From a bacterium (GTDB lineage: Bacteria; Desulfobacterota; DSWW01), in the NCBI GenBank assembly GCA_040756235.1, contig JBFLZG010000041.1, positions 1 through 18,888 of the forward strand: a stretch of DNA of 18,888 nt, in the 5' to 3' direction. A model generated the notes under the pieces. The model ran no database searches, was not told the origin of the DNA, and worked only from the letters and a program-made list of their open reading frames with translations. Made by a program: the position numbers and the translations under genes. Shown here in pieces: positions 15,829 through 18,888 of this stretch (position 1 is the first letter of the stretch; every line of letters begins with the position of its first letter).

Positions 15829-16638
15829 TCAGGATTTCGTCCCCAGGTGGACCACCGCGATCCCGTTGGTGAGCCTGCGGTAGGACACGGACGTGAAGCC
15901 GATCCGCTCGAGCAGGGCGCCGAGCTCGTCCGGATCCGGGAAGAGCCGGATCGACTCGGGCAGATAGGTGTAGGCGCGTCTCGAGCCGGTCAGGACCTTG
16001 CCGACCAACGGCATGACGGAGAACGAATAGAAGTCATAGAGCTTTCTGAACCAGGGCGCGGTCGGGCTCGAGAATTCGAGGCAGAGGAGCTTGCCGCCGG
16101 GCTTGAGAACCCGGTACATTTCCCGAAAGCCGGTTTCCATGTGGGTGAGGTTGCGGATTCCGAAGCCCACCATGGCGGCGTCGAATTTGCCTTTCTTGGC
16201 GGCGATCTGTTCCGCGTCCCCTTGCAGATAGAGGATCCGGTCGTCGAGCGCGCGCCGGCGGACCTTGGGCTTGCCGGTCTCCATCATGGCCCGGTTCACG
16301 TCGTAGAGGACGACCTTGCCCGCCGGGCCGGTTCTGCCGGCTGCCAGAATCGCCAGATCCGCGGTGCCTCCGCACACGTCGATCACCCTGTCCCCGGATC
16401 GGAGATCCAGCATGCGGACCGCTTTCCGCTTCCAGAAAAGCTGGATCCCTGCGCTGAGAAGGGTGTTGGAGAAGTCGTACTTGTGAGCGATGGAATCGAA
16501 GTGGTCCTTGACGAGCTTGCTCTTCTCGCGAGCGGCCACCCGGCGATAGCCGAAGAAGGCCGACTCGTCCGTTTCCGCCGGCCGTTCCCGAGGGCCGGCG
16601 CCGCCGTCCCCAGGCCGTTCCTGAGGCGTCTTTTCCAT
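15829..16638 (-). CDS. ubiE: UbiE/MenG quinone biosynthesis C-methyltransferase
   Basis: FDSIAHKYDFSNTLLSAG, DVCGGTADLA, QGDAEQI, GFGIRN, LEFS, AYTYLPESIRLFP. ATG 16638 follows AGGTG; GTG 16647 is an alternative start. Confidence 0.9.
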   Translation of the reverse strand: MEKTPQERPGDGGAGPRERPAETDESAFFGYRRVAAREKSKLVKDHFDSIAHKYDFSNTLLSAGIQLFWKRKAVRMLDLRSGDRVIDVCGGTADLAILAAGRTGPAGKVVLYDVNRAMMETGKPKVRRRALDDRILYLQGDAEQIAAKKGKFDAAMVGFGIRNLTHMETGFREMYRVLKPGGKLLCLEFSSPTAPWFRKLYDFYSFSVMPLVGKVLTGSRRAYTYLPESIRLFPDPDELGALLERIGFTSVSYRRLTNGIAVVHLGTKS

Positions 16639-16825
16639 ATTTTTCACCTATTTGAGCTGGGACGAGAAACTTGGCCACGAGGAGCCGTATCTCATTCATG
16701 TACCCTGCAAAGGATACCCCAGCTTCCTGACTCCTGTCGACTCGAAAGGATTCTTCCTGCGCCGGATGACCGAAGACACGGGGGGATTTCACCGGTTCCG
16801 TCGATACTTGCCCGCCCGGCGCCGC

Positions 16826-16854
16826 TTGACAGCAGGGCAGGAAGAACATATCCT
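16826..16854 (+). promoter_or_regulatory. Sigma70 promoter of the rbr-tpx-ftnA operon
   Basis: TTGACA-N17-TATCCT. Confidence 0.7.
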
Positions 16855-16876
16855 TAATGCTACTGATTATCATTAA
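16854..16876. promoter_or_regulatory. Fur/PerR-family operator box
   Basis: TTAATGCTACT-G-ATTATCATTAA, an 11-1-11 inverted repeat with 2 mismatches. It contains the Fur 7-1-7 core (TGATAATnATTATCA) and overlaps the expected transcription start. Confidence 0.75.
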
Positions 16877-17005
16877 CATCGTCTCTCTGTTCCCATCAAG
16901 TTGACCCGACCCAAAATCAAGAATCGGCAGGTTTCTTCGACTCGTTTCGGCAGCATGCATCACCACGACCGGCCTCGACCAGGCCGGAAGGAAAGGAGAA
17001 GAGGC

Positions 17006-17578
17006 ATGGAGATCAAGGGCAGCAGGACAGAAAAGAACCTCATCACCGCTTTTGCAGGCGAGTCGCAGGCGAGAAATCGCTACACCTTTGCCGCGAGTCA
17101 GGCGCGCAAGGAAGGCTACGTGCAGATCGCCCTCGCCTTCGAGGAGACGGCCAACCAGGAGAAGGAGCACGCCAAGAGGTTTTTCTCCTTTCTGAAAGGC
17201 GGCATGGCGAAGGTCGAAGCAGAGTTCCCGGCCGGTCTCGTCGCCACCACCGCGGAGAACCTGAAGCATGCGGCCGAAGGCGAGCACGAAGAGTGGAGCC
17301 AGATGTATCCCGAGTGCGCCAAGATCGCCCGGAGCGAGGGCTTCGAGGCGATCGCCAAGGTCTTCGAGAACGTCTCCATCGCCGAGAAGCAGCACGAAAG
17401 AAGGTACCTGGGGCTTCTGACCAACCTGAACGCCGGCGAGGTCTTCAAGAAGAGCAAGCCGGTCATCTGGCGCTGCATCAACTGCGGTTACGTCCACGAA
17501 GGCAAGGACGCACCCGGCGCGTGCCCGGCGTGCGCCCACCCTCAGGCTTACTTCGAGCTGCTGGCCGAGAACTGGTAG
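17006..17578 (+). CDS. rbr: Rubrerythrin
   Basis: AFAGESQARNRY, diiron motifs EKEH and EKQH, C-terminal rubredoxin-like CINC-x12-CPAC. Confidence 0.96.
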   Translation: MEIKGSRTEKNLITAFAGESQARNRYTFAASQARKEGYVQIALAFEETANQEKEHAKRFFSFLKGGMAKVEAEFPAGLVATTAENLKHAAEGEHEEWSQMYPECAKIARSEGFEAIAKVFENVSIAEKQHERRYLGLLTNLNAGEVFKKSKPVIWRCINCGYVHEGKDAPGACPACAHPQAYFELLAENW

Positions 17579-17606
17579 GTTCGGATCGGCAGCATGGAGG
17601 ACCGTC

Positions 17607-18122
17607 ATGAAAGAACGAACCGGAGGGGTCACTCTGGCCGGCAATCTCCTGACCCTGGTCGGCAACGAGGTCCGGGTCGGGGATCCGGCCCCTGATTTCG
17701 AGGTCCTGGACAACAGCCTGGCACCGGTCCGATTCGTCTCGTTCCGGGGCAAGCCCTGCCTGATCTCATCGGTGCCGTCTCTGGACACCCCTGTGTGCGA
17801 CACGGAGACTCGGCGGTTCAACCAAGACGCTACAGGGCTCAGCCAGGAGCTGGAAATCCTGACCATCAGCATGGACCTCCCTTTTGCCCAGAAGCGCTGG
17901 TGCGGCGCTGCCCAGGTGAATCGGGTGCGGACCTTTTCCGACCACCGGTCGGCCTCCTTCGGGAACGCTTACGGGGTCCTGATCAAGGAGCTGCGCCTGC
18001 TGGCGCGGGCCGTGTTCGTAGTGGATCGCAACGGCGTGCTCCAGTACCAGGAGCTCGTCAGGGAGATCGCCAGCGAGCCCGACTACGAGGCCGTGTACAA
18101 GGCGATCCAGCGGGTCGTTTAG
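17607..18122 (+). CDS. tpx: Thiol peroxidase (atypical 2-Cys peroxiredoxin)
   Basis: VPSLDTPVC..ETRRFN, ISMDLPFAQKRWCG, LLARAVFV, EPDY. Confidence 0.95.
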   Translation: MKERTGGVTLAGNLLTLVGNEVRVGDPAPDFEVLDNSLAPVRFVSFRGKPCLISSVPSLDTPVCDTETRRFNQDATGLSQELEILTISMDLPFAQKRWCGAAQVNRVRTFSDHRSASFGNAYGVLIKELRLLARAVFVVDRNGVLQYQELVREIASEPDYEAVYKAIQRVV

Positions 18123-18259
18123 GAGGCTGTCCATAAATGCCCATCTGCGGTGTTGCGCTCAGCGGGTCACGGTTGATGGAACCTGTTCCCTTCGGCATCC
18201 GCGCCGACCGCTTCGTTGTTCGAGAGTACTGCAACATCCACGGCTTGTGGAAAGGATAG
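18121..18259 (+). pseudogene. dfx: Internally deleted desulfoferrodoxin (superoxide reductase) gene
   Basis: A 40-aa ORF at 18137-18259 ends VVREYCNIHGLWKG, the SOR C-terminal signature. The 5' part CATAAATGCCCATCTGCGGT reads (H/Y)KC-P-ICG with a 1-nt shift. RBS AGGAGG is retained. Confidence 0.8.
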
Positions 18260-18262
18260 GCC

Positions 18263-18787
18263 ATGATCAGTCAAAAGATGGAGGCCGCGCTCAACGAGCA
18301 GATCAAATGGGAGCTCTACTCCTCCTATTTGTACCTTTCGATGTCGGCCCACTTCACCTCGGTAAACCTCGCCGGGTTTGCCAACTGGATGCGCGTGCAG
18401 GCCCAGGAAGAGCTGGTCCACGCCATCAAGTTCTACGACTTCGTGCATGAGCGGAACGGGAAGGTCGTGCTCCAGCAGGTCGAGGCCCCGCCCGCGGAGT
18501 GGAAGTCGCCGCTCGCTGCCTTCGAGGACGCTTTCAAGCACGAGCAGCTGGTGTCCAAGAGGATCAACGACCTGGTCGACATGGCGGTAAAGGAGAAGGA
18601 CCACGCCACGAACATCTTTCTCCAGTGGTTCGTGACGGAGCAGGTCGAGGAGGAGTCCTCTGCGAACGAGGTCGTGCAGAACCTCAAGCTGGTGAGAGCG
18701 GACAGCAGTGGCCTCTTCATGCTCGACCGCGAGCTGGCGCAGCGCGTCTTCACCATGCCTGCTGTGGCCCAGGCAGAGACGGGCTGA
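18263..18787 (+). CDS. ftnA: Non-heme ferritin
   Basis: LNEQIKWELYSSYLYLSM, QAQEELVHA, HEQ, FLQWFVTEQVEEE ferroxidase motifs. Confidence 0.95.
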   Translation: MISQKMEAALNEQIKWELYSSYLYLSMSAHFTSVNLAGFANWMRVQAQEELVHAIKFYDFVHERNGKVVLQQVEAPPAEWKSPLAAFEDAFKHEQLVSKRINDLVDMAVKEKDHATNIFLQWFVTEQVEEESSANEVVQNLKLVRADSSGLFMLDRELAQRVFTMPAVAQAETG

Positions 18788-18796
18788 CGGTGTCAG

Positions 18797-18824
18797 GGGG
18801 GGACGCATGCGCATGCGTCTCCCT
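18797..18824. repeat. Perfect palindrome downstream of ftnA (degenerate REP-like or mRNA 3' hairpin)
   Basis: GACGCATGCGCATGCGTC at 18802-18819 is self-complementary, and the G-run/TCCCT flanks extend the stem. Confidence 0.55.
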
Positions 18825-18888
18825 CGTGCGGCCTGGCGGGGACGAACCGCTCCGCTCCTGTTGATTCCAGTCGACACGATTTGGTAAT

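Noticed and set aside
16034..17872. 612-aa minus-strand ORF and other long overlapping ORFs (1864-3345, 8696-9844, 10596-11975)
   Set aside because: These are shadow frames over confidently identified genes.
1..18888. CRISPR arrays, tRNA/rRNA genes, transposases, integrases
   Set aside because: No regularly spaced direct repeats, RNA gene signatures or recombinase motifs were seen.

Overview
High-GC bacterial chromosomal window. The gene mix (rubrerythrin, desulfoferrodoxin remnant, DUF3795) suggests a deltaproteobacterium-like anaerobe or facultative organism, but that is inference. There are four blocks. (1) 101-5366: a co-oriented run of short accessory genes (VOC, DUF72, ICMT-like methyltransferase, LpqP-like esterase, GNAT, DUF3795, AAA_33 kinase, BP74-like lipoprotein) with gene scraps between them. 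(2) 5423-11984, minus strand: an outer-membrane beta-barrel gene downstream of a compact ethylmalonyl-CoA-pathway-like operon (mcl-like lyase, methylsuccinyl-CoA dehydrogenase-like, mesaconyl-CoA hydratase-like, crotonyl-CoA carboxylase/reductase) with no mutase or epimerase. (3) 12204-16638: an alpha/beta hydrolase, then a 42-aa ORF coupled to an aldo-keto reductase-fold protein that appears to lack the catalytic tetrad and a methyltransferase, then an FMN-binding protein and ubiE. (4) 16826-18787: an oxidative-stress/iron operon (rbr, tpx, ftnA) with a Fur/PerR-type box and a hidden, internally deleted desulfoferrodoxin (superoxide reductase) gene. GTAG- and CGTC-type REP palindromes recur in intergenic regions. 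All family calls come from motif recognition by eye, not from database searches.
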